NCBI RefSeq assembly: GCF_001447785.1
Contig: NW_015174867.1
Span: 619,641 to 683,640 of the forward strand
DNA from: Gekko japonicus
Taxonomy: Eukaryota
Direction of reading: 5' to 3'
DNA: 64,000 nt
The position numbers and the translations under genes were made by a program. Shown in pieces: positions 25,997 to 36,736 of the stretch. The notes below the pieces were generated by a model. The model was given only the letters and a program-made list of their open reading frames with translations. It made no database searches and was not told the origin of the DNA. Position 1 is the first letter of the stretch. Each line of letters starts with the position of its first letter.

Positions 25997-27270
25997 CCTC
26001 ACAACTGGCTGATGACTGCAGTAGGGCTATGTAAGAAATCTTTTGCTGCTGGCAGGGTTGCCTCCCCCTCCCCCTGCCACAGTCCTACAGTTCCTGGGTC
26101 TGGGGACGCCTGAACTTTTGGGCAGGAAACAGCAGCCGGTCTTTCCTCCTTCCCCCCTTAGAGCTTGTGAAGAGGCAACTCATGCAACTTTTTTTTAAAA
26201 ATAAAGTTAAATGAGGGGAAAAGTGGAGCTTGCCCATCCATGAATGGTGGAGGAGGCAGAGTGGGCAGAATGACTCCCATGTTGGCAGTCTTGGGGGAGT
26301 GACCTTTGTGGGGCAGGAAAGGGGAGAAATCCAAGGGAATCTGTAAGCTCCTTTGGACACCCCCCCACGCACGTCACAAGTGATGTTCCCATTCCAGTTA
26401 AGAAAAACTGTTGATTTTTGTCACAGCTGCAGAATAAATACAGGCACATTCTGCATACTGTAAATAAATACACTGGAGAAAAGAGAATGGTGTGTGCAGC
26501 AGGCACACAGATCCAAAGTCAAGCTTAAAGGCTTGTGTACAGGATTTGCCCACCCAAGCCAGTCCAGGAATGGGAGGGAACCCTGTACTTTTACAGTACA
26601 TTAAACAACAACCCAAGAGGTAGGTTATACCCTCTCTGGATTTCAGAACAGTTTGCCACCAGAACCTCATCAGCTGGGGTCCCCCGCTCAGCCTAAGAGC
26701 AGAGGTTCAAACTCTTAGCTGGCCTCTTGGACTTAACAATTACTATCACAGTGGTAGCTCCCTGTGGTCAGTGTTTAGGCTACAAGATTTAGACTTGGAA
26801 CTCAGGTACAACATCAGAGACCATTTATAAACAAGAATAATTTTTATTCAGTACAGAACATAACAACAGACTATATAAGAGATTACTGAAAACAAGAAAA
26901 ACCTATGGCTCCTTGCCTTAACTACACATTAGAGATATTCATAATTACCAGTGAAGTGTCCATAGTCCAAGAATGTCCAATGTATACAGTCCAGTTAGTC
27001 ACCAAGGGATTTTGAAGGGAAAGCCCATCTTTGCACTCCATGTGGTTTAAGTCACAAAGCAGTCTTTTGTCTCTCAAAAGACAGCATTTCCAGGTACAAT
27101 AAAACAAGCAGAGAGAGCAGGAATAAAGAGCAAGAACAAGAGACTCTCTCTCATTGGGATCAATCAATTATAGCCCAATTCCAGTCACAAATTAGATGTG
27201 GCTATTATCCAATTGCGAGTGGGCATGGGTGTGCCCAATTGTTGGTTGTCATGGCTACATGTGGGGATAG

Positions 27271-28743
27271 CCAAAAAAAAGGGGGGGGAAGCCAGTGTAC
27301 AATGCAAGATACAAAAAAGAACACCACTGGCAAAAAATAACTCACAAGCAAATAAGCAAGTATATAATGATCAAATAAGCATAACAGCAAGTAATATGTA
27401 AATCAAATAAGCATAACAACAAGTATGATATAAATCAATTGGCCAAAGTGCAATAATAAATCAATAGAAACAGTCACAGTCTTCTCCAGCATAGAAGCAA
27501 TATCAGAGTCCAAATTGGAGTGCCAATCATCAAATTTTCTGAGCCATAAAAAGCCGACGCGTAATCCGGATGCCTGATGCTGCGTTTCGAATTATTCTTA
27601 TTCAAGCATGGCTGTAATGGGACTGAATGCAAATTCAAAGCATATATAAATGAGAATGCATACAAAATATAAATATTAGAACAATACACAAGTGAGAATG
27701 CATACAGGATATAAATATTTGAAAAATTAGGAGCTGCAAAGAAAACTCACCCCAGTCTCAAAAGCTGGCATATACTAAGCCAGAATGGTCAGTCAAGGAG
27801 GATTAAGGGTCCTTAACCTGCCATGTGCTGCACCTTAATTTATACCTAATATTCAGGCTGCATCAACACAGGCAAAGTTTCTTAAAAGGTCATAGTGCCA
27901 TGCATACTGCTCAAAAATCCAGAAGCAGCAAGTGCACTAAACTGCCATCACTTAGAACAACATATTTAAATTTCATTTAGGCAACTATCATTGATTGATA
28001 TAAGGTGTAAAATCCATACTCTGATTCATACCATGAGGATGATATGTCTTTAAATTGTAAATGAATCTAGTTTCCTTTTGCAAATTTAAAGACATATCAT
28101 CCTCATGGTATGAATCAGAGTATGGATTTTACACCTTATATCAATGCATGGCACTATGACCTTTTAAGAAACTTTGCCTGTGTTGATGCAGCCTGAAATT
28201 AGGTATAAATTAAGGTGCAGCACATGGCAGGTTAAGGAACCTTAATCCTCCTTGACTGACCATTCTGGCTTAGTGTATGCCAGCTTTTGAGACTGGGGTG
28301 AGTTTTCTTTGCAGCTCCTATTTTTTCAAATATTTATATCCTGTATGCATTCTCACTTGTGTATTGTTCCAATATTTATATTTTGTATGCATTCTCATTT
28401 GTATATGCTTTGAATTTGCATTCAGTCCCATTACAGCCATGCTTGAATAAGAATAATTCGAAACGCGGCATCAGGCATCCGGATTACGCGTCGGCTTTTT
28501 ATGGCTCAGAATATTTGATGATTGGCACTCCAATTTGGACTCTGATATTGCTTCTATGCTGGAGAAGACTGTGACTGTTTCTATTATGATTTATTATTGC
28601 ACTTTGGCCAATTGATTTATATCATACTTGTTGTTATGCTTATTTGATTTACATATTACTTGCTGTTATGCTTATTTGATCATTATATACTTGCTTATTT
28701 GCTTGTGAGTTATTTTTTGCCAGTGGTGTTCTTTTTTGTATCT
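27271..28743. mobile_element. Penelope-like element: 5'-truncated head-to-head inverted insertion
   Basis: Arms 27306-28056 and 28083-28744 are near-identical reverse complements; 27988-28083 on the minus strand reads LQKETRFIYNLKTYHPHGMNQSMDFTPYINQ*, resembling the PLE GIY-YIG C-terminus; 15-bp flanking direct repeat tacatgtggggatag. Confidence 0.85.
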
Positions 28744-29254
28744 TACATGTGGGGATAGGCTAGAAGTTTGGGAACTCCTCCTGCAGTCAGGTGACCCAAC
28801 TTCCAGCTTCTCCATGATGTACGTGACATGGCCCATGTAGCCTTAAAGCAGGCACCTTGAATTCTAGCTCTTCCACTTAGAGGTGTGAAAGAATGTGTGG
28901 CTATGTGGAATGGCTATTGAGGTTGTTCAGGCCATCTGGTCTGCCCTGGACCATTTGGCCTGCACAGGAAACAGAGACATAGAATGTCATCACAGGAGAA
29001 GGCATGAGACTTGTAGAAATCAATATTTCTATACACCCTCCCCCTAAAGATGGAAATTCGGTGTGACCTCTTGTGAGGCTGGGAGGAAGCCCAAGTGTTT
29101 CTCATTGGAATGGGTCTCAGAATGCGATTGCTGATGCTTTATCAAGGATCCACTGTGACCAAGACCCCTCCTCTACTGTTGCTTAACTGGTCTAACCTGT
29201 TTGTTTGCTTGAATGCTCAGACTCTCTACAGTAAGCTGTGCATGCAGAATGGGC

Positions 29255-29460
29255 CTATATGACTCAGCCACAGAGCACATACTTTGCATACAGAAGGCCC
29301 TAGGTTTAATCTCTGCCATCTGCTGTTAAATTATGTCAGGTATTTGTTGTTGGGGAAGATCTTTCTCTGTTGGAGACCATAAGGAACTGTTGTTATTTTG
29401 AGAAGACAATACTGAAATAAATGGACCAGTGTTCTGACTCATTGTAAGGCCTGTTAATAT
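29255..29460 (+). mobile_element. Degenerate tRNA-derived SINE with a CR1-like tail (second copy at 35160-35340)
   Basis: ctcag..agagca..ctttgcat.cagaagg.ccc.aggtt.aatc head; gacaatactga..atggacca..tctgactca..taaggc tail. Confidence 0.6.
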
Positions 29461-31504
29461 AGCACTGTTCCCTAATGAAGGACACTACTTTTGTACTTTT
29501 GTACAAGCAATTACCAAATACATTACCCTCTTCCCAAGGCCTATAGAAGGAGTGGGGCTTGGCAGAGAATAGAAAGAGGAGAAAGCCTAAAATCTGAGGG
29601 AAATAGCTATGATGTACGGTCAGAATGTGTGTGCTTTGAATATTACTCCCATGTGTTATTTATGTTCACATCTTGATTGTCTGTGCCCTGATGTACTGCC
29701 CAAGTAGACAAATTATTGCCTTCCTGATGCAATGCTCAGCACAGCATACTAAAATAGAATAGCACGGTAAAGATTTCCACCATCACTTCGTATGTATTTC
29801 CTTTCAGGCCTCTATCCTCGCTTCCTGTACCGGTTTTCAAATTAAGGTTACAGACAGAAGTAGTAAGTTTCCTGAATGCAATTCTTCTAATACTAAACTT
29901 GTCCCTTACCCCCCAGCTAAAACATAACCCTTTCCTAGTAAATATTTTCTGTAAAAGCTGTGCATTTTGGACAAAGATATTAGGTTCAAACATGGGCAGA
30001 TTTAGTCACCATTCACCTATTAGTGATTTATTCAATTTACTTATTTAGGATAATTCTATGCCACCTCTTCAAAGAACTGCTCGAAGTGGTGAACAATTAA
30101 AACAATGTAACAATATAAAAACAAGCCATTAAAACCAAGCTATAACTCATTGGACATAAACAACATAAAAACTATCCATAAAACAGAAGCTGACCATTTA
30201 AAACAACTGGTAAAATAAAAGCCTTAATTAAAAACCTGGGGAAAAGATGTGTTTGGACCTGGTACCTAAAAGGTACTGAAACAGGTACCTGGCAAGCCTC
30301 AAGGGAGGTGGTCATTCCAGGGACATAGCACCACCCAGGAAATGCCCTGTCTCTAATTGCTACCTACCTCACCTCTCCAGGCAGGGCACAGTCAGCAGGG
30401 CTCTTGAGAGGCAAATCTTGACTGTTGTGCTGAAGGGCTCAGTAGTACTTGTATTGTGTAAAGAATTCTGCTGACTTCTATGCTAAACCAGATTAAAACA
30501 AGAATAAACATCTATTCCATAAAGAAGAAAAAAGTCTCTCCCTAGAGTGGCATAGAACCATAAAGTTTTCTGGCTATGGTGAGTATTCAGCCACAGTTCT
30601 CACTAAGGGTGTGCAAAACAAACAAACAAAAATCAGTATTCTTCAGATTTGGGTATATTGGATGAAAAAAATACCAGTATCCCCGAATATCAAATATTAG
30701 TATGATATTTCTATTCAGGTTTTTTTCAGGCTTCTAAGGTTTTTTTGGGTCTCTATATTCCCTATGGAGAAACTTTCTGGGTGGCTGGGAGGTTGTTTTT
30801 AAAGGTACAGGCACAAAAAAATCGCAGCAGAGCTTCTGGTGCCTGTCCTTTAAATAATCCCCAAATTTCAAGTAGGTTGGACCAAGGGATCTAATTTCCC
30901 TTTATTCCCTAAGGAGGGGGGGGCCCTCCTAGCTGTTTCCAATTGGTCAAATGCCTCCCATGAAAGAACCAACACACCCAACAGAACCATGCAGAACCCA
31001 GTAATCCCAGTAGAACTATAAGACAATGTGCCAAGGCAAACAGAATGAAAATCAAACCACAGAATCGTTGCAGTGGAAACTTAAGGAGAGGGACACTTTT
31101 ACAAGCACAACAGAACCAGCTGTAATGTGCAGAAGCCCAGAAGAAACCAGGGCTACTGTGGTAGTGCAAGCCCAACAGAACCAAAGTCAACCAGAGAACC
31201 TCTACAGTAGAAACTGAACGTGGGGACACTTTTGCAATGACAATGTATCAATGTCCAGCAGAACTCAGTGCCACTGTGGCAGTTCAAGCCCACAAAAGTA
31301 ATGTCAGACTGGAGAATCACAGCAGAAAAATTGAAGCGGGGGGAGGGAGACACAAAGCAACTCTGGCAAAGAAGAAAAAAAATCTTGAAACTGACACAGA
31401 CTTGAAATAGACAGAAGCAGCCTGGCAAAATGATAGAAACCCTGGGAGATAGAAACCCTATAAGGAATAGCAGAAGGGGGGGGGAGAAAAAAACCCACTC
31501 TTTT

Positions 31505-31946
31505 TTGTTGTTCAGTCGCACAGTCGAGTCCGACTCTTCGCGACCCCATGGACCAGATCACACCAGGCCTTCCTGGCTTCCACCGTCCTCTGAGGTTTGC
31601 TCAATTTCATGTTCGTTGCATCTATGACTTTTTCTAACCATCTCATCCTTTGCCATCCCCGTCTTCTTTGACCTTCAGTCTTTCCCAGCATCAGGGTCTT
31701 CTCCTGGGAGTGCTCCCTTCTCATTTGGTGGCCAAAGTATTTGAGCTTCAGTTTCATTATCTGGCCTTCCAGGGAACAGTCAGGGTTGATTTCTTTTAGG
31801 ATTGACCGATTTGATCTTCTTGCAGTCCAAGGGACTCTCAAGAGTCTTCTCCAGCACCATAGTTCAAAAGAATCTATTCTTTGGCGCTCGGCCTTCCTTA
31901 TAGTCCAACTCACGCAGCCATACATGACTACTGGGAATACCATTGC
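31505..31946 (-). mobile_element. Bov-B LINE 3' end (open ORF 31512..31943)
   Basis: MVFPVVMYGC.SWTIRKAERQRIDSFELWCWRRLLRVPWTARRSN..VHGVAKSRTRL; caacaa tail. Confidence 0.95.
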
Positions 31947-32095
31947 TTATATCCAGCATTAAACTTTATTTATTTATATTTATTATTTGCATTTATATCC
32001 TGCCCATCCTGCGGGTGGGCTCAGGGCGGGTAACATCATTAGGATAAATACAATTTCAGGTTAAAACATTAAACATTAAAACACGATAAGACATT

Positions 32096-33074
32096 TGTTA
32101 GCCGAATTGCTCTTTATGAGAGACAATTGGAACAGTTTAATAATTGGGATTCAGGTCTATGTCTACGGAGGATGGGCTGCGCCGATATGTTTCCAATGAA
32201 GAGACAGAGACAGGAATAAAATTCTCTTTAGTTTACTAAATATCAATTAATGCACGCAAGTTACATACACACACACACAAAAACTAGATAAAGTCAGAGA
32301 GATTTGGTAAAGCACTTTTCGCATTAACAGGATATCGTTGGTGAAAGATATTTACCTCAGGCGATGCGTGGCTCCTAAATCTTCCAGTTGGAGGTATTAG
32401 GGTGGGGAGAAAAACTAGAAAAGGGGAAGGCGCGTGCAGTCAGACCGGCTGAAAGCACGTGTGGCATTCTAGCTGCGCAGACTAGAATGTGAAGCGAAGT
32501 AAAGGTTGGGTACAGGAGGCAAAGGGAAGGATAGATGGCTGGCTACTCTGTGTTCTAAGTTTAAAACTGCTTGGGGGCAGGAGGGGGTGGGCTCAGGCGG
32601 CTTACCTGATGGCCCTTCCCCTCAGGTCAGGGATTGGCTAGAGGGTCAATTTCCAATCTATTGATTAACCTGATGGGAGGTACCTGGGCGGGTGTAGAAG
32701 CTACGTGCTGAGAACCTCGTGCTGCTGACTCATCTCTCATCTCTGGCCATGTGGACTTGACTTCTATTGTTGTCTGGCAAAGGGGGAACTCCAGGTTAAG
32801 CCATTTAGCTTGAAGACACGAAGTCTGGGCTAGCTGATGGGTTTCTGTGTTTGCTGTAATGCTTATGTTTGCATATACATGATAAGCAGGAGACACTGGA
32901 ACACCTCTGGAATACTGTTGGCTCAGCAGATTATCAACTCGGCTGGTCTTCTTTTCTGGGTGCCCTCAAAGTGAACTCTGTATCACACAGTCTCTTTTTA
33001 TTAACCCTTGCATCAAGCTTTATTCCAGTATATCATAGCCCAATAAAAGTCCAATACAAGCACCTCTCCTAACA
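32096..33074 (-). mobile_element. Probable ~1 kb solo LTR (ERV/Gypsy-type)
   Basis: Inverted termini tgttag..ctaaca, CpG-richer than its flanks, abuts the Vingi-like fragment; TSD unclear and strand tentative. Confidence 0.5.
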
Positions 33075-33700
33075 CCATGAAACTGCAGGACGTTTGTAAA
33101 CACTGACAACATCTACTTCCCCAAATTATATCACAATTGTGTGGATGTCATTGTGGACATTGGTCAATACCAGCTTCACATTTTTAATATTGCTTCAGGC
33201 ATAAGTCATTATGCTTTAGGTATAATGGTATGTGATGCTAATAACATCATTATTAGCATCACATACCATTATACGCCCGCATACGCGGGGAGCCCGCATA
33301 TGTGGGGAGGGCGGGGTATAAATTGAATTAAATAATAATAATAATAATAATCATATCCTGAAATGTTTGCTCTGAGGTGGGCTTGATTTTCATTATTAAG
33401 ATGAGTTTCTTGAACAAGAACTAAATCTATTTTATTGGCCAATAAGATTTGTGACAAATATTGGCATTTAGACTTGCTTACCATCAATATTCATTTGGCA
33501 GATTTGGATGCAGTCTTCTATACCCCTTGTCAAGTAGTCCTGAAAAAGACTTTTGGATCAGTTGATGGTTTCTATGTGTGTAGTGTAGCCAGGAGGTCCT
33601 ACAATTGTCTGGCAGCCAGAAGTTCTAGCTTCTTTAACATTATCCAGGGTGCACCACAAGGAGGTGAGCTAGAATAACACCCCAGCAGAGGGGTGTGACT
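33075..33700 (-). mobile_element. Vingi/Ingi-like LINE 5' portion (APE endonuclease), split by an L2-type tail at ~33270-33352
   Basis: SKSKCQYLSQILLANKIDLVLVQETHL..ANISGY, then ..VDVVSVYKRPAVSW; both are APE motifs. Confidence 0.6.
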
Positions 33701-33710
33701 GTATGAAGCT

Positions 33711-34047
33711 TGACCTTACACGTTTCAGCCAAATAGGCCTTCCTCAGAGGTTATATATATGTGGCAAAATGGCTAATAATATATTCACATACACACAATC
33801 AAAAATATATACAAAGTATAAATTCAATAAGGACCATAAAGTAAATTGTTCAAAAATAAAATCAGCAGGCACAGGGTAAATATGCACATAAGGCCTTTAA
33901 AGTGCTATCACTAGCCCAGTGATTATAAAGTAGACGTTTGGTCCAAAAATTTCCTTCTTTGATTGTGTTGCCACAGTGTGTGGCAACACAATCAAAGAAG
34001 GAAACTTTTGGACCACAAGTCTACTTTATAATCACTGGGCTAGTGAT
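33711..34047 (-). mobile_element. Penelope-like relic with a minimal hammerhead remnant (33711-33753) and a terminal hairpin (33907-34047)
   Basis: Minus strand acct CTGAGGA a ggcc tattt ggct GAAA cgt GTA aggt; ~69-bp inverted arms with a 3-nt loop. Confidence 0.7.
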
Positions 34048-34059
34048 CACTGGATTCTA

Positions 34060-34395
34060 TTGTTAGGTTCAGTTTTATTTCCCTTTTTGTTTCTGCCCAT
34101 CTGGTAATGTCCATGTGTAGAGTCGCCTCTTAGGTTGTTGGGAAAGGGTGTTCGCTATGACCAGTGTGTTCTCTTGACAAAACTCTGTTAGCCTTCGCCC
34201 TGCTTCATTTTGCTTTCCAAGGCCAAACTTGTCTGTTATTCCGGTTACCTTTTGACTTCCTACTAGCATTCAATCATTTTTTGGTGTTAGTTCTATGAGG
34301 TGTTGTAGGTCTTCATAGAACCGGTCCAGCCTCTTCTGCATCAGTGGTTGGGGCATAGACTTGGATTACTGTGATGTTGAATGGTTTGCCTTGGA
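34060..34395 (-). mobile_element. Bov-B endonuclease-region fragment
   Basis: VGSQKVTGITDKFGLGKQNEAGRRLTEFCQENTLVIANT..RRLYTWTLPDGQ; upstream QGKPFNITVIQVYAPT. Confidence 0.9.
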
Positions 34396-35457
34396 ATCTG
34401 CAAATGCTGGCTCCCAGTCTTCCTGGTTAATCCCAAATATTTTAAGGATGTTTTGGGATCATTTTTTTGGTATCCTGAAAAATTCTCAAATACATTTGGG
34501 AAGCCGAATATATCTGAAAAATAGCAATTTTGGAGATATATTTGCAGCTTGGTTTTCCTTGAATGCACATCCCTAGTCCTCATATATCAGTATATTTTCA
34601 AAATGAACCAAGGAAGATTTGATATAGTGGCTGGTTATTAGTAATAAAGTGCAGAGGTATTTGTTGATTATTAAATATATTATATGCTTCACAGGAACCA
34701 AAGAGTGTTTTTTCAGAACATTTTTAAACTGGATTAAATGGTTAAGTAGTGATGAGGTGATAAAGTGATCAAATTACTTAAATCTAGTAAAGCTTCTGGC
34801 CCAGATGGTGGAACAATATATTAAAGAGTTGATATCTTAAAAACTGCTTTGATTGGAGCATTTCAGGAATAGCTACAGAAAGGAAATTCCCAGAAACTCA
34901 GTCAGAAGGAATTAACAGGAGAACTGGGGAGAGGTGAAATGGATGTTATATCTTATTGTCCAATATCTTTATTGAATTATCTTTATAAAATCCTGGCAAC
35001 CTTCCTAACAATGAGGTTAACACAAATAATAGGAAATAACTTTAATGCTGAACAAACAGGATTTTATAATCTGACATAATATCTTGAAGCCATTGAATTT
35101 TACACCTTCAATGTCTTCCGTGATATTGAATTTCATTTCTTCAATTTAAGGAATTGAAGAAATGGCTGAGTTGTAGAGCACATCCTTTGCATATTGATGG
35201 TTTCTGCTCCCATCCACAATATTTCCATTTAAACAATTTTTAGGAGGCAGAAATAGATAAAGACCCTAAGACTTTATAGAGCTGGTATCAGCCAGAGCAG
35301 ACAATACTCAAATAGACAGACCAACTGTATAAGGCAAATATTAATATTATGAAATAAAATTGAAATACCTACTGCCTTTTTGGTTTCAGGAACTACAGAA
35401 AACTTCAGTAGAGAAGAATGTGAATTCTTTCAGTCTTGTCTAAGAATATTAAACACT

Positions 35458-35641
35458 GTTTTGTTGTTCAGTCGCACAGTCGAGTCTGACTCTTTGCGAC
35501 CCCATGGACCAGATCACGCCAGGCCTTCTGGTCTTCCGCTGTCCTCTTAAGTTTGCTCAACTTCATGTTCGTTGCATCTATGACACTGTCTAACCATCTC
35601 ATCCTTTGCCGTCCCCGTCTTCTTTGAACTTCAATCTTTCA
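35458..35641 (-). mobile_element. Bov-B 3' end
   Basis: Closely similar to 31505-31690. Confidence 0.9.
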
Positions 35642-36454
35642 AACACTGAGGTTATCTAAAAAGTATAACTTAAGGGTTGCATTGTTAGACTGGATCAGTA
35701 TCATATATTAATATAAATTATTACTAATTGGATTATATCAGATTTAATTAGTATACTTAAGAGGTATTCTGTCAGAGCATCCATTTTTACTTATCAAGAT
35801 GGAAGGTCCTTGTGCACTAGAGCCCCACTACCCAGATCTGTCTCTCTGTGTCCTGGAATACAGGCAGAGTAAGGCAACAGAGCTAGATCACAGTCAAGAG
35901 TCCAGTCTAGAGATCAAATACCAGTTTAGCAGCAGTCAGAGTTCATGGACTGTTCAGGAAAACAGAGTCAAGGCAGTCCAAGGTCATTGATCAACAAGGT
36001 TCAGGCAGGTCCAAAAAGCAGAGAAGGGTCCATCCAAAGGTCACAGGAGGTAGGCAGAGTCTAGAGTTGTGGTCACAGTTCTCCAGGTCTGATTTTTATA
36101 GGCATTCCTTAATGTTCCTTAACAAGCCTGATTTACAGCCATCTGCTTGGAGGTGCTCCTGCACTTACTCAGAACTGCTATCATTAAGCAGCTGGCACCG
36201 AGCCAAGAGGCGAGCACTCTGTCTGCGTGTTCTTGTCTTGTAAGAGCCTTTTCCTTCACTGTTCAATTAACAACAGGGAACCTTGTGAGCTATTTTCCTG
36301 CAGCTGTGCTTCATCGGCTACTTCAGAGCTGTGGTGGGTGCATCAAGGTCAGCTGCTGGCAATGAATCTTGAGACTCCTGTATCTCTAATTCACTGACTT
36401 TAGCTGGAACAGAGCTGTCTGCATGTGGCTCCTCGATTCCTGAGGGGTCTTCAA

Positions 36455-36736
36455 CCAGTTTGGTGTAGTGGTTAAGTGCGTGGACTCTAATCTGGGAGAA
36501 CCGGGTTTGAGTCCCCACTCCTCCACTTGCACCTGGCTGGATGACCTTGGGCAAGCCGTAGCTCTGGCACAGCTGTTCTTTAAAAAGAGCAGTTTCTGTC
36601 AAGAGCTCTCTCAGCCCCACTTACCTCACAGGGTGTCACAGGGTGTGGGGAGGGGAAGGGAAAGGAGTTTGTAAGCCGCTCTGAGACACCTTTGGGTAGT
36701 GAAGGGCGGGGGATAAATCCAATCTCCTCCTCCTCC
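36455..36736 (+). mobile_element. tRNA-derived SINE (Squam3-like)
   Basis: A/B-box head tggtgtagtggttaag..gggtttgagtcccc; (CTC)n tail. Confidence 0.85.

Larger units (their letters stand above)
30604..34575. mobile_element. hAT-like non-autonomous element containing nested insertions
   Basis: Termini taagggtgtgca / tgcacatcccta; degenerate 8-bp TSD gttctcac/gtcctcat (6/8); similar subterminal motifs at both ends. Confidence 0.55.

Noticed and set aside
27474-28574. Two nearly identical 71-aa ORFs on opposite strands, resembling a duplicated gene
   Set aside because: They are mirror readings of the non-coding PLE arms
29117-29147. QNAIADALSR, a Gypsy RNase H end motif
   Set aside because: Only ten codons with no extendable frame; possibly a real relic but not enough to annotate
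36455-36530. tRNA gene
   Set aside because: tRNA-like head continues into a multi-copy SINE body
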